Assembly: GCF_902459465.1 (NCBI RefSeq)
Contig: NC_047079.1
Span: 10,788,001 to 10,852,000, forward strand
Direction: 5' to 3'
Length of the DNA stretch: 64,000 nucleotides
DNA from: Asterias rubens
Taxonomy: Eukaryota
How positions within the stretch are numbered: position 1 is the stretch's first letter; each line of letters starts with the position of its first letter. Of the stretch, positions 37,075 through 50,757 are shown in pieces. The notes under the pieces are model-generated. The model made no database searches, had not been told where the DNA came from, and worked only from the letters and a program-made list of their open reading frames with translations. The position numbers were made by a program, and so were the translations under genes.

Positions 37075-37200
37075 CTGCGTCATTTTGACCATTGTTTGGG
37101 TCATTTTGACACAGATTTCGGGTCAGAAGTGGGTCAGTCCCCACGGGACCCGGGTCAATTCTGACCCGGATCCGGGTCAATTCTGACCTGGATGTTGTGA
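37075..37200. repeat. GACCC/GGGTC-rich dispersed repeat family (possibly CACTA/EnSpm-derived)
   Basis: Repeated GGGTCAA/TTGACCC modules. Related fragments lie at ~43980-44100, 48215-48320, 56515-56690, 59410-59558 and 62500-62670, several with ACTCTAAAA-like ends. Confidence 0.5.
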
Positions 37201-38079
37201 GAGTTCTTTGTCATCATCGTACAACAAAAAATGCTCGCATTAATACTCGGCAAGAGTTGTGCACACCATTGATTTGGCCCTCTAACGACGAAACAGTCGT
37301 TAGTTTTTTTGTTTGAAATAATGCAACGCAGTAGCACCTTTAAGGTGTTTTCCGAGCAATGGAAAACCATTACCGTTCGGGTGTGGGCAATCGTGTAATA
37401 ACTCTCCCAAAATTGTCATTATTAGGTGTTAAACACAATAGTTATACTTCTCAAGTGTTTGATGCGGTGGTACTTTGTGCTGAGCCTTTTTACCGCTCCA
37501 TAAGTTAGTCTTAAATCTTCATAAGTTAGTCTTAAATCAGTCAGTATTATCGTATTTATGGCATGCTGTTTGCGGTCAGGTCAAACTCGGTAAAAAAAAA
37601 CTGACAGTTGATCCTAAATCTTCCGACAGCGTCCCCACCTTTTGGGGTAGTCAGCTGCATCTTGAAAAAACATCACGTACGGACTCATAAAATAATCGCT
37701 CCTCGCAAAGTGTGTTTTGTGTTTATATCGTTGTCTTCAAGATCTCGAGAAGTGGATTTTTGAGGTGGCATTGCAAACCTAGTGTGGATTTGAGAACAAA
37801 AGAAAGTTGAGGCTTTGCATTTGATGTTCTGGGGCCCTTTTTTTATTTGACTTGCCAGATGTTTGCTCTCAAATATTGTTGTTTTTTTGTTAGAATAGCA
37901 TCATTGGTCTTACAAAATAAAACAGGGATGCCCTCGGTTTTGTACTAGGGTTAACATTACAGTGAACCCGAGATCAAAAGAGGTCCCCATAAAGCAGGGT
38001 TCTGAAACACTCTGTTGATTTTTAAACAAGCACATCTTTACAAGATTTTCACCACTGTTGAAGAATTGTCCTCAAGTGA

Positions 38080-38361
38080 AAAAAATAGTATACAACAATG
38101 TGAGATTTTGAAATGGCTCTCTCTGAAGTAGCGTATAGTTTTTGAGTAAGAGTATATTTCTCGTTCAAGCCCTTTACCAGGCATCTGAAAGCACACACAT
38201 TTGTGCAACAAGGGTGTTTTTTCTTTCATTATTCTCTTGTAACATTGATGACCAATTAAGGCAAAATTTTCACATCAGATGTTTCTGTTTTATGCATTTG
38301 TTAGGATACACCAAGTGAGAATACTGGTCTACAATTACCAAAAGGTGTCCAGTGCCTTTAA
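38080..38361 (+). mobile_element. 5'-truncated copy of the TTAA MITE
   Basis: GCATCTGAAAGCACAC...CCAAGTGAGAATACTGGTCT...GTGTCCAGTGCCTTTAA. Other fragments lie at ~175-233, ~43481-43590 and ~58646-58709. Confidence 0.65.
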
Positions 38362-40789
38362 TGTCAAATTCTACGTTTCAAAAGCAATTTTGGGAACATC
38401 AAAACGTCCTAATTATTGTTACCTTTAGAGTAGTGTTCTGTCTTCTGTAAGTCAACCGTGACGACACGGTTCCATTCAATCAGGTCTGTGGTATTCCGGA
38501 TTATTCGGAAGGGTCGGTTGGTAAGAAATGATTCGTGGCGATATGTTGGCTCGGAACGCGTATTTCATACAGTCTTTAGAAACGCACAGTTGGTGTCAAA
38601 GAGCTATGCATTTTGTGCAATCTCAAAATTTTAGTTTTCTGTTTTTTTTCTAGTAAATTATCAACCAACCAAAAAGCACCCAAATTTAAAAACAATATAG
38701 TTATGTTATTAGTCTGTCATTATGCCTATGTGAAAGGAGATTCTTTGTTCCCAACCCATTACAGCGAATTGCTTGTAGAGCTGCTCAAAACAAACAAACA
38801 AAAAGTTGTTGATATACAAAAATATATATATAATAGCACACAAGTTTACCAGCCTGTTTACACTGCGCCGTCTTTGACTGGTCTCCTGCAGTAGTTTTGC
38901 TATAACTGAACATTTGTAATTACTTGTTTTTCTGTTACGGAAGCTGTAATGAATTGAATTGAATGCCATTTTGTATATAATTGCTGTGGTTTCAACCATT
39001 TGTACATTGTCTGCTTTGTCATTTTGTCAAGTAATCTTTATATTTTTAAATTATTGTATATTGTATAATTTTCTCTTAATATTTTTATATGGAGCTGCTC
39101 TACTCTTGTAATTGCCTGCAAATGATGATTAAAGTTTAATTGAATTGAATTGAATTGAATAAATGAAATGGAATGCGATGTCCTATTCCATGGAGTTACT
39201 TAATAAATACAAAAAGTAGCTAAGCACAAAATAATTTTGCTTACCAAAATACAATGCAGATGCTAATTTCAAAGATGGCTTCCTTCATAAACGTAAACAA
39301 CAACAAAATTAAAACTCCACAAAACTTACCTTTATACAAAAAGTGTTCCGCACGACTCTCTTATAAAAACCTCCTTCACTCCTCAAAACAGAAAGTCTGA
39401 ATCCCAACTCCAAGAAATACTTCTCTACCTCACACTTCCCAACCTGAATTTATCCCCACCTGCAAAAAGCCAACAAGGTGTGTATTATTATTGCCCTAAT
39501 TCTCCCCATCGGGGGCAGGACTTGTTTTCTTTAACGAAGCTCGCTCGCTGAAAGAGAGCTGTATAGCTATAAATTACGGCACCGGTCGCTTTAGATAAAA
39601 AGCAACGCCTCGTTCGAGAACTATTTATCATTTTGATTTATTGAGCGGTGTCTGACTGTTCTTTTAAAGCGCGTTTTGGTAACTTTTGGTGACCCGCGGT
39701 CCGCGCCTGTGATTTGTCAAGAAGGGAGTGAAAATGACCCAATAAAAACGCCTTTGTGTCATGTATGAGGGTAAATTTAGTACAAATTGGAAATGTTGTC
39801 ACCTTGTATGGAGAAATTTAGCGTTGTAGTTGTGAACTTTTTGGCTGTATTTTTATCTGTTCCTTGGTGGACATTGCTAAATTTGTTAATGTGTTCGTAA
39901 TATACCTACCAAATACATCCCAAATCTGATTTCACATATTGATCTGTTCATTCAATCCAAATAATTTGGTAAACAAACAATGAAAATAAAATGCATATTA
40001 TTTATTCAAATGCTATTTTTTGACCTATGTTCTAACTTGGCATCCCCATGATGTTTCTTGAAAACTCGACTGTCCAAACCAAATTGCTTTTAAGAAAGTT
40101 CAGTACTGTGTTTTGACATATAGAGGGACCAGTTTTCTTTGGTCGCGTGGTTTCGGTTCAACTGCAGAACTGGCACCTTGTGTTCGCCCATGCATTTTTC
40201 GATTAACCCAAACAAAGTGACTTCTATTCGCAATATCAATTAAAATCCAATATACAACCATTTTTGAAAATGTGGCTTGAAATGAAATCCATTTAACATT
40301 GTGCTTGTTATAGCAACTATACATAGTCGTGCTCTCAGCCCTTTAATGTGCCCATAAAACTCCTAACTCCTTGGGTGTTATTATGGTGTATAAATCAACA
40401 ACCAACTCGTTGTGCTGAACCCATAAAATGATTGTGATAGATTGGAGAAAGTCTCTCGAGGTGTCCTCCGGCTCGTCAATCACAAGTGATGATGTTTTAC
40501 ACGCTTTCTTTAATGGATTGTAGTTCGTGAAACAATTCCAGGCACGCTTTGATAGAGATGGGCACTTAGCCAAAATACATTGAGCAGTATCAGTTACTTG
40601 TTTGGGTTCTTCACATTTCCACATGAAATGTTTTCTCAGAGTTGCATTCCGCGTTGGGGATATTGTATATCTTGATGCATAGAAAGTAACAGTAGACGCA
40701 TCAAAACCAGCGCGGTACCTTATCTTTGATGCAACATGACACTTACAGCAGCAAAACTGAGCTGTACTGTATCCATGATGCAAAGAGTG

Positions 40790-41530
40790 TAAACTACGAG
40801 CTTATATAGTGATGTACCTTGTATTGATTCAAAGACAGTAAGCTTACATGCTTATACAGTGATGTACCTGATATTGATTCAAAGACAGTAAGCTTATATT
40901 ATACAGTGATGTACCTTATATTGATTCAAAGACAGTAAGCTAACATGCTTATGTGATGTACCTTATATTGATTCAAAGACAGTAAGCTTACATGCTTATA
41001 CAGTGATGCACCTTATATTGATGCACATACATGTTCAAACGTACAGTAGCAATAATTATTACAGTGATGTACCTTATTGATGCAAAGAGTTGCAGTATCT
41101 ACCAGTGATTACCTTTTTGGAATGCAAATAGAACAAAACACTACAGTAGCTATACCAGTGTTGTACCTTCTTGGAATGCAAATAGAACAAAACACTACAG
41201 TAGCTATACCAGTGTTGTACCTTCTTGCTACAAAGAGAGTAAATTTACAGTAGCTTCACTTATACCATGAAAACATACCTGTTATTAATGCAATAAGCTA
41301 GCATCATTTTTACAAGTGATGCACCTTACATTGATGCAAATAACTAACTTACAAGTAGGTACATTTATACCAGTGATGTACTTTATCTTGATGCAGAGAG
41401 AGAGTAAACTAACAGTAGCTATCAGCATTTGTACCAGTGATGTACCTTATATTGATGCAAATTGAATAAACTTACATTAGCTAACACTTTAAATGCACGT
41501 TATGTACATTATATTGATGCAAAGAGTGTA
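40790..41530. repeat. Degenerate ~45-50-bp minisatellite
   Basis: Core CAGTGATGTACCTTATATTGAT(T/G)CAAA repeated more than 10 times with progressive divergence. Confidence 0.8.
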
Positions 41531-44500
41531 AGCGAACAGTGAGGTTAGAACCTTTGCAATAATTTTACAGATGTCGTTCCTTACCTTGAGTCAAAGAGAG
41601 TACCTATATACCGATTTGAAGCAGTCTTACGAGTATCAAAAATGCTGGTCCGAATTTCTAAAACAGAGAACTATACTACATAGTTCATCGACGTTTCGTG
41701 AAGTGGAAGAACGAACTGTGAATTTGACAAATGCATCTTGTTTGCCCCGTGCTCTGTCGTTGCAACTAGAGTTTATAGTGCTTTGAAGTGGGAACATGGG
41801 TAATCGCAAGCGTACCCTATAAATCAATTGTCATGTAAACTATGTATGGCTATCAATCATTCAAAGAAATGAACCAATTCAAACGAGATTTCTGCATGAA
41901 AGTGCTTATACTAACTATTTTTACACTTATGTCATAACACTTTATGTACTTGAATGGGCTATTTTAAGTTGTCTCGAGTTATTTGCAAATTGTTTATGAT
42001 TTTATCATTTCCAATAATTGGGAGTTTTCTACAGACTTGCATAGACAAAGTACAATGCAACGTTCCAATTGGCACGTGGGTGTCGTCATATATTCAAAAA
42101 ATGATACAAATCTACAACACAGGGTGTTAAAATAGCACTTATTTTTGCGCAATCAAATACATTGTTACACAATTCTTTTCAGAACCATCCGACTCAATAA
42201 TATTAGAGACAATCATTACATGGTGTTACCGCAAACTTTTTTATACCGTATTTCAAATTCCACCATGCAAAGTTTCAAATCCTATACTTGTCTATATATT
42301 TGTTATCAAATATTCTACCTTTGTTGAACGCCTAGTATAATTTGATCTGAATGTAATAAAGCTATACTGCCTGTAAAGGTTCGTGGCCCCGGTAGCACAA
42401 GCGAAAGTGATGAGTACATTGCGAGGCCAGTCGGCGGCCCTAGCCCCCTCCAAGCACCCTGACGAACGACGAAAAGAACGGCCGACAAGGCCTTCCTGTG
42501 CTCTGGGGAGCCATCTAAGTCTCCCCGGACTACCCAACCATCAAAATTTAATTAGTTCCATGGATTTTTTAATAAATTCTTGAAGTGTTCCGGAAAAACC
42601 ATGAATGGGAGCTCAATGAGGCGTTATCGAGTAAGCTGTACTTGAGAAAAAAAAAATTCTGTACATTTTTGTTTCCCCTCGTTTTATATGACATTAAAGG
42701 GAAGGTATACAATTAATGTTAATAATGTTCGATAATGAAGCGTTTTGAGAATTATTTCACTTCTAACTATGGGAATCATGTCGTTTTTTTTTATTTCCCC
42801 CAAAAAAGTTTGAATCATTTGAGAAACGAACAGTCAGAAAAAAATTTCAGATTGTGTAATCCAATTACGAATAATTCTTCCTGCATGAATGTAATCGCCC
42901 CGGATTTTGGCAATGGCTCAAAATCGCTACAACCTTTTGAAATGAAATTTATTTTCAAAGGGCAATATTTCTAGGTAATTATTTCCCTCTGCAACTAAGT
43001 CTTTTTCGAGAAAATTTAAAAGAACGCAAAAGCTCATTTTGGTTGTAACAACCAAAATTAAGGACAATCTGTTTATATGCTGAGAATTGTGCATGTTTTT
43101 CACTATCTCGTCTCCTGACTCGCACAACAGATTAAGCTGAAAAGTTCACAGGTTTGTTATGTAGGCCTGTAAAAAAAATGGTTGATCACCCAAAACATGA
43201 ACACCTTTTTGTCGGCTTTTCCAATCCCGTAACCTTGAGGACAACATTGGCTTGAGGGCGCCACTTCCTTCTTTGTATTATATTGACCTATTGACTTAAT
43301 TGACCTATGAAATAATGACCCACTTCATCATAAAACAACCTTGTGATAAAGCTCCCTCTGATCTGGAGATGACCAGCTTTGAATAAAGAGACATGCTTGA
43401 TGGTTCCTCTGTCTTAAATATGTCATTATTACAGAAAGTCGTAAATAATCTGTCACTATTTCTTTCCTCAAAATAATGATCAGCATAAAACCTCAATTGG
43501 TAACGAGAAATGGGGAGATAGTATAACACATTGTGAGAAACGGCTCCCTCGGAAGTGACATAGTTTGAGAAAGAAGTAATTTTCCACGATTTTTTTTACG
43601 AATATTATAGTACCAGTAGTTTAGTAATATGGCTGATCTTGGTTCAAACCGTAAAACGAAAACCAGTACAGGTACTTTTAGGATAAGTAAACTATGAATG
43701 TTTGCCAATGTTGTACCGTGTATAGTGAAAAACACATGACAGCAGTTTTGCAAGCTTTTACCTTTGTTTTAATTTAAAAGAAGCTGCGTGCTGTAAGACA
43801 CATTCATGCACTTTATTTTTATTCAAAAGGTTGGAAATCCAAGTACATCAACCCTAACAACATGACTGATGGCGTACCTTATCTTGACTAAGTGAAAGAT
43901 GGAACTCCTACATTTTATATCAGCCATCGCCAATGATGTATTGCTCATACGGATAATGGTAAGCATAACAACATATTTCACTCTAAAAACTACCGGTTCA
44001 GAAGTGACTCGGGTTCCGGGTCCCGTGGGCACTGGCACATTTTCTTGGTCCCCGCGACCTCGAATCTGTGTTAAAATGACCCAGAAATGGACCCGTTTCT
44101 AATTTAGGAACCTCATACATTTACCAATAAACGAGAACAAAAAGTGGTGAATAAGCTGCAAGAATTGGGAGGAAAGAAACCAACAAAACTCACCTGTAAC
44201 TTCACAACTTGTTCCCTTGCCGTAACTTCACAACTTGTTCCCTTGCCGATACTAAAGAACACCGAAAAATGATAGGATGCTCAACAGTTTTGGCATAAAC
44301 CACGATCGATACAGCCGTTATTGTAGTTTATAGTAATCTCCAGCTACGAACCCCTTCAACAAAAACAACCCAGCCAGCCGCAAGCTCTTCAGCCAAAGTT
44401 CCCCTTTTGTCACAGAGCTTTCAACTTGAGTAACAGCTAACCGTAGTACTGTACAGAAAACCGTAACACCAAGTCCCTTGTGAGAGATGGTGAGAGTATG

Positions 44501-47500
44501 TGAAGGATACTTGAAAATGATGGTTGTTTAACCGTGGACACTCGTGGCCTTTTGGTTCGGGCAGGGGGTACTTCAGAGTCTTTTTGTTGGCATGATTTGG
44601 AAACAATTCACACTCATCCAGTAATTGGCGTGTCAATCAAGAGGAATTCACAAATAAAACATCCGCTCTGCTGTCGGGAGAGAAAGTGGAAGGCCTCAAT
44701 TTACAATGTTGTTTTAGATTAAAGGGGTGGTTCGTTTGGTTTTCTGAAGAAATTGATTTAAAACCTCTTGCTTTCTGTGTTACCTGAGATTTTTTCCCCC
44801 AAACACACAGTACAAACACGCACACTGTTTCTGTCTGCTTATTTCCCTCGTCCTGTCTAAAAGAGAAGGGTTTCTGTTAGAAGGATCCGGAATTCCCTCA
44901 AGGTACGGTTTTGTGACCTTTTGAACTAAGGGACTTCAAATAAAAACCACAACCTGCCGACTGTTTGACCTACATCGTGATGAGAACTCCGTGTGTTCAC
45001 AGTTGTCTTATTTCTCTCAAGCATGTGAAATTATTTGTTCAACATGTTTGGTGAAAAAGGAGCACCAGCCGAAGTTTAATTGCGGAGAGAATAACTTTGA
45101 TATGTTTTTTTCATGTTTCTCTTCGTATACTTTAAGTGTGGTACTACATTATTTCAATTGTTGTGTAGTCGATTCATTGTCGTGCCTTTTGTCAAATAAA
45201 TAATAATTACAAAAGGGTAGACAAATTTATTTATTTCAAGTAATAGACCACAAGGGAAACTGTCCAGGTAAATTGTAATAATTTTTGGTTTGAACAAAGA
45301 CAAAGTGAAATTTGAACCTGCTACTCAAACTTTTCTTTTTTCAAATTGACAAAGTCACTTTCCTCAAGTTGTGGTCTATTACTTGATATAAATAAAAAGG
45401 CCTCCAAACTGAAATATTACTCATCGCTTCTCAATTCTTTCGTTTCCGGGAAAAGCAGAATGTTGAACGATTTTTCCGAGCGGCATGTGCGGTATTGACA
45501 TATTAATTTAGGGTCTTGAGAAACTTGAAGCGTAGCGTGGTGAACGTACCGATTGCAGATTCACGAAGAAAAAACACATTTTAAATTCACGTGTAGTTCC
45601 CAGGAAGCACAAGAAAATAAAATATTGTGTTCACCTGATTTCAAGATTTTCTCGAAATCTAATGGAGCCTTCAAATTTTCCTGAAAGTAGACTTTAAATT
45701 GAAAGGTAGTCCACATTGTGTATCAACTTGTTAATGGTGTTTGAAACTTTTCATTGTGAAGAATTTGTCGAGGTTCTCTTGCGAAATCTTGTCAAACATT
45801 GGTTAATTTTACAACCTTGCTTAAATTAAGCAAGGGACCCTAGTAAATTGTTGTTGTCTGCATAGCACTTTACAGTTCATGCAAGGCTGATAGTGGTGTT
45901 ACACATCATTTGGGTTGCGGTCTTTGTGGTCCAGTCAGTGCAGAAAGACCGCACTCTTACCGGAAACCTACTCCCATGCCAAGCCGTCAATCGAGGCCAC
46001 AGATCAGCCTGCCTGGTTGAGCGACACTTCCTTCCATAATGTGCATTTTAGAAACCTAAAACAGACCTTGGAATCAATATTAGTCATTCTGTAAAGCACA
46101 TGAAGGAAAGCTGCTATGTCATTTTTTAAAGTGCGTTTCTAATTTGTTATGCCATTAAATTGTTTTTATTTTATTTTACAAATCACAAGTAGTTTTCATT
46201 TTGTCATGTCACCTACGAAGGCAAGTCAGCTGGCGGTTTGTTTAAATAGCGCCATCTAACGACCAAATACATCCAACCAAAGCGGGGGGGGGGGGCAGCT
46301 TGCGTCTGTTTCTCTTATTAACATAAACAAATCCAAGAACTTATAACTAGTTTCAGTTTCACTGATTATGAAGATCGATCGATCCAGCACCAATCCTCCA
46401 GAGAAACATTTTTGCCTGAAATGATATCAACGGTAGAAAACATTAAATAGCAGATGAAGATCCCCAAATAAACACTCATTTTGATCGGAGCAATTGAAAT
46501 AAGCAAGATTGTTTGTTTGACGCGATCACATCTTTTGATGGAGTTTTGTACTGCATGGTTGCCGACGTGGTTGTTGGCGGATGGGCAATAATTTGGTTCT
46601 GAGAGTCAACGATTTCATCCACATTACAACGTTTGAGCGTGACACCAGGCTTGCTGAGATATAGAGCAAGGAGTCTATTCAATAGACCTTTATCATGGTG
46701 TAGCCATCTTGATTTTCTCCCATTGATATCAATGTTACCATACCGAGGCTGGATGAGCAAAACAGTCTGGTTCCTATTTGCAAAATGATTATTATAGCAT
46801 TCATTATTGTTTGCCGATACGAGGAACATGACCAACACGGAGGCAGCATGTCAAAGTCTATAGCTTCATACTGCATATATCTGGAACTCCTCGCCTGGTG
46901 CATGTTTCCCTCCATCCTACAATCTAGACTGTTTTAGAGGAGTATTAAATCCTACCTTTAGCTCCCCTGCGTTACTTTAATCTTTAATATTTGTCTTCTA
47001 ATCCCCTTACAAAGAGTGGTTTTTAGCCTAGTTTGGGTCGAACTTGCAAAAACAAATGAAGACAAAACTTGGGGGCATTGTACCCGCGAATGTCGACCAT
47101 TGTACCCGGCGAATGTCGACCATTGGAAGCGCAAAATTACCCCGTAATGTAGAGCCAAGGAAATGGGCACAGTTGACGGTCATTACTCCCGGTGAATTTG
47201 AACCTCTTCCAATTTCCGTATTTTCTGGACTATGTTGGTTGTTTGTGTTTGGAATTGACTAGCAAGGAACAATTCCAATCAGTGCCATGAATGTAACTCA
47301 AGTATGGTCCACTGGTGCTCACAGCAGTCCCGATTGTAATGAACTCCGAAACCCTAATCGTTGGATTCAAGACGAAACCTAGCCGACTGTTGTTAGCTAT
47401 GTTAAAGGAACACGTTGCCTTGGATCGGTCGAGTTGGTCTTCGTAAAGCGTTTGTAACCGTTTTTTTTTATAAAAATGCATATGGTTTGAAAAATGTTTA

Positions 47501-47770
47501 AAAAGTAGAATACAATGATCCACACAAATTTGCCTCGAAGTTGCGTGGTTTTCCTTATATTGTGCAAACTAACACGGTCGGCCATTTATGGGAGTCAAAA
47601 AAATAATCCAAGGCAACGTGTTAAAATAGACGATAACGTGTTGATTCGCAGAAAGTACGGGCCGAAGGCGAGTACATTTTAATCGCGAATCTACACTTTA
47701 GAGTCTATATCTAACTTAAACTATTTCCCCCAATCTTTGTAGTTTGTACACTCTAATTTGTACACTCAAC

Positions 47771-47886
47771 TGTAGATTCGTAACGCATCTATACTGTTTA
47801 GTGTAGATTCGTAACGAATCTACTGTTTAGTGTAGATTCATAATGAATCTACAGTGAAGTGTAGATTCGTAAAAATAATCTGCACT
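47771..47886. repeat. Four tandem ~29-bp hairpin units
   Basis: TGTAGATTC-N5-GAATCTAC units start at 47771, 47802, 47831 and 47860. Confidence 0.75.
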
Positions 47887-48973
47887 TTCATCAATAGTGT
47901 GACGTCACAGAAATAGTTTGTATCTCACTCTATGGCGATGGCACCAGATTGGTTCTTCGTCATGCATTGAGCATTACGCCATCATTAATGATAAGAATGT
48001 TGGCAAAAAAGTGTCCCTTCCAGCAAAAAAAAAAAAACGGGCAGAAAGACTATACTTTGATTCCATGTTCGTTATGGAATGACATAACCAGTATATATTC
48101 GCCACGCTGACCGACTCAGACTCTGTTGTGGCACTTAACCATAATTTATTCTCTTCACCCAGGTGTATAAACAACAAATGTGAATCTCAGAGAGCCAATT
48201 GCGCAGAGGCACTTTAGAAACTCCCGGGTTAAAGTTAACCGGGATTCTACAAGTCACAGGGTGCCAAGCCTATTTCTGGGTATGACCTGGAATTGGGTGT
48301 CAAACTGACCTGAAGTTTTAAAGGGACAAATTGATATATTTTACCTTTGGAGGGGAACCACTTGCTTATGATGGTGTTTTAAGAAGATGACAAACACCGA
48401 ATGGTGGCTTTAAAGGAAATCTGTTAACATTTTACCTCGCCATTGTATACCAAACTCTACTACCATGTCAGGAGAGTGTACATTTATCGCATTACGGCGG
48501 CTTTAAACACGCACCACGTGGCACAGGCTAATCGCACCTTGCATCAAGGTTATACATGTACATATGACATGTATAGTTTCTGCTATCTTCAGAAGATAGC
48601 ATTGAACATGCCCCATGGCTATACCTGAGCTTCGCGCTCATACATACCGCCTCCTTTATGTATAGTCAGTGACGGGAAATCTTTAACAGTATTAGTGAGC
48701 ACTTCGGGAAGGGTATAGTGTACTAAAAGCTTTTGGTGGTAGATCAGTGGTAATCAGCTCATTTCAAGTCCCTGATACTTCCTAGGATATCGGGTTCTTA
48801 TATATGGCGTTGCACTCTGCAGACAGGGTGGAGTGAAGTTTGAGATAGATACGTTTAAGCTTGTCTTGTTTGCATCTTGTCGATCGGGTTTCAATTTCCC
48901 AAGCAGGTAAAGTGACATTCATTGGTTCAACGTGGTTTGTGTCTGTCTTCACATCATGTGTGCTTTACATCAG

Positions 48974-49159
48974 GGCCCAATTTCATATAGCTGCTTAAAC
49001 AGATTGCTTAATAATTGTATGCTAAGCTGAAATGAGCAGGATACCAGTCACAAATTGTATATTGGACATTGAGGTTTGGCTGGTAACCTTACTCGTGTAA
49101 GCATATTTTGTGTATGCTTAGCAATGTTTTTGTGTTAAACAGCTCTTTGAAATTGGTCC
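48974..49159. mobile_element. PIF/Harbinger-like MITE, same family as 4334 and 11270
   Basis: GGCCCAATTTCATA...GAAATTGGTCC termini flanked by CAG/CTG. A further fragment lies at ~6837-6962. Confidence 0.65.
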
Positions 49160-50757
49160 CTGATCATTTTCTTGTATTTTTACAGCAATGCGTTGGCTTA
49201 ATTAAAAAAGAAGGAGTTACAACCTCTGGTCTAGTTATGAATTTCTTAAAATAAAATTACAAGAATTGTTTACAAGAATTTATTTACAAAAATTTGTCTC
49301 TGGGCGACGACCGGACGTCAATTCCTTTAGGTTTTGTTTAGCACTGAAATTACCACTGTCGTATTGCTTTTCAAACAGGTTTTTTCTTCTTCTAAATCGA
49401 TTCAATAAGGGGAGTACTTAAAAATAAATACGGAAAATGTTTGAGGATGGCAATATTCTAAACTGCAAAATAAATTGCGGCCGGACCAGCCGTAGGTTCA
49501 TGCTTCCCTTGCGGAATTGTTCGCGTACAGTTGCCGTGTTTTTTTAGGCCTCTGCGGAGCGCAAAGTTCTGGTAAGCAGAACTAGGGATATCTTACTTTT
49601 AAGATTTACCATTTTGGGAGAAACATTCTTACCCTTTTAGGGGTATATTGTACGTCAATTTCTTTGTGTTTCTGTAAGAAAAAAAGTTGATTAATGGTGG
49701 TCATTCAAGAATGGCAGCAATCCTATACAAGGACGTTTGTCTTTACGAACCGGCGTACTTACATTTTTGTCAGATACTGTGCGCTTTGTAAGTGCTGTGT
49801 ATTATTTTATTATTATTAAACACAAGTTTATTTTGATATCATCCAAGACCAGCTTGAGTAAAATACCCATAAATTTATTTTAAAGCAAATAATATGGGCC
49901 TTTATTTGTCTTCGAATAGATCTTTGATGCAGAGATCTTAAGACGCACTTGTGAACAGTATTGAACTTTCAAGGCACTCACTTTATGACGAATTTTCATT
50001 CGTTCTACGAGAACCATCGGTGAAGGTAAGCTTGTTGTTCCATTTTTTTAATTTTTTTTTTTTTCAAATCTTGTATGTGGATGAGATGGGCATTAAGTAC
50101 TGGACAGTTGCTGCTTTTGATATCTTTACACGTTATGAATCAAGATAAGGTATATATTTTCTAATTTGGACGATGTGCTGCTACCATAGACTTACCCGTT
50201 TTGAACCAAAACAGACTAAACGTTTACTTCTTGCACAATTTTGTTTAAAACTTGCTGTCGGCGTTGAAGCTTTCCATTTCCGAGAGAATAATTTGTTTAA
50301 ATAAGGTTTCCCAAAAATGTTTCAAACTCGGACCTTATCAAATACAGACATCCAGAATTGGCTTATGCGTGTGTGCTTTCTATTTCGCTATGTGACGTCA
50401 TAATAAATTAAATGGCTCATTGGCTTACAAACGCCATCAAGCAGGGTTCATGAATATTCTTTTGCATAATTCCATCCAGAATATGAAATAATATTTATTA
50501 ACGAAACCATTGTGACCCGTTTTTTAAACACGTCCCGAACACCGCACGGGACTCGCGGGATAAAATGCCATCGTGTGTCTGTGTACGATTCGGCTTTTGA
50601 TATTCAAGAAGTAATGATTTTTGTCTGAAGACGCGGATGAAACCTTGATGAGATTTCCTTCAAGGCGTCTCTTTGGACTCTCATCCAGAACGCATCCATG
50701 CCCCCGGGGTAATATACATTTTTGAAGAAGGCCCAAGACGTAGAAAGAGAAAAGACT

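Noticed and set aside
42459-42510. Minimal hammerhead ribozyme (CTGACGA-ACGAC-GAAA)
   Set aside because: Stem II would close with an A-C mismatch, and no properly placed UH cleavage site with stem I/III pairing was found.
47771-47886. CRISPR array
   Set aside because: Eukaryotic context, linkers of only ~8-10 nt that are similar to each other, and no cas genes.
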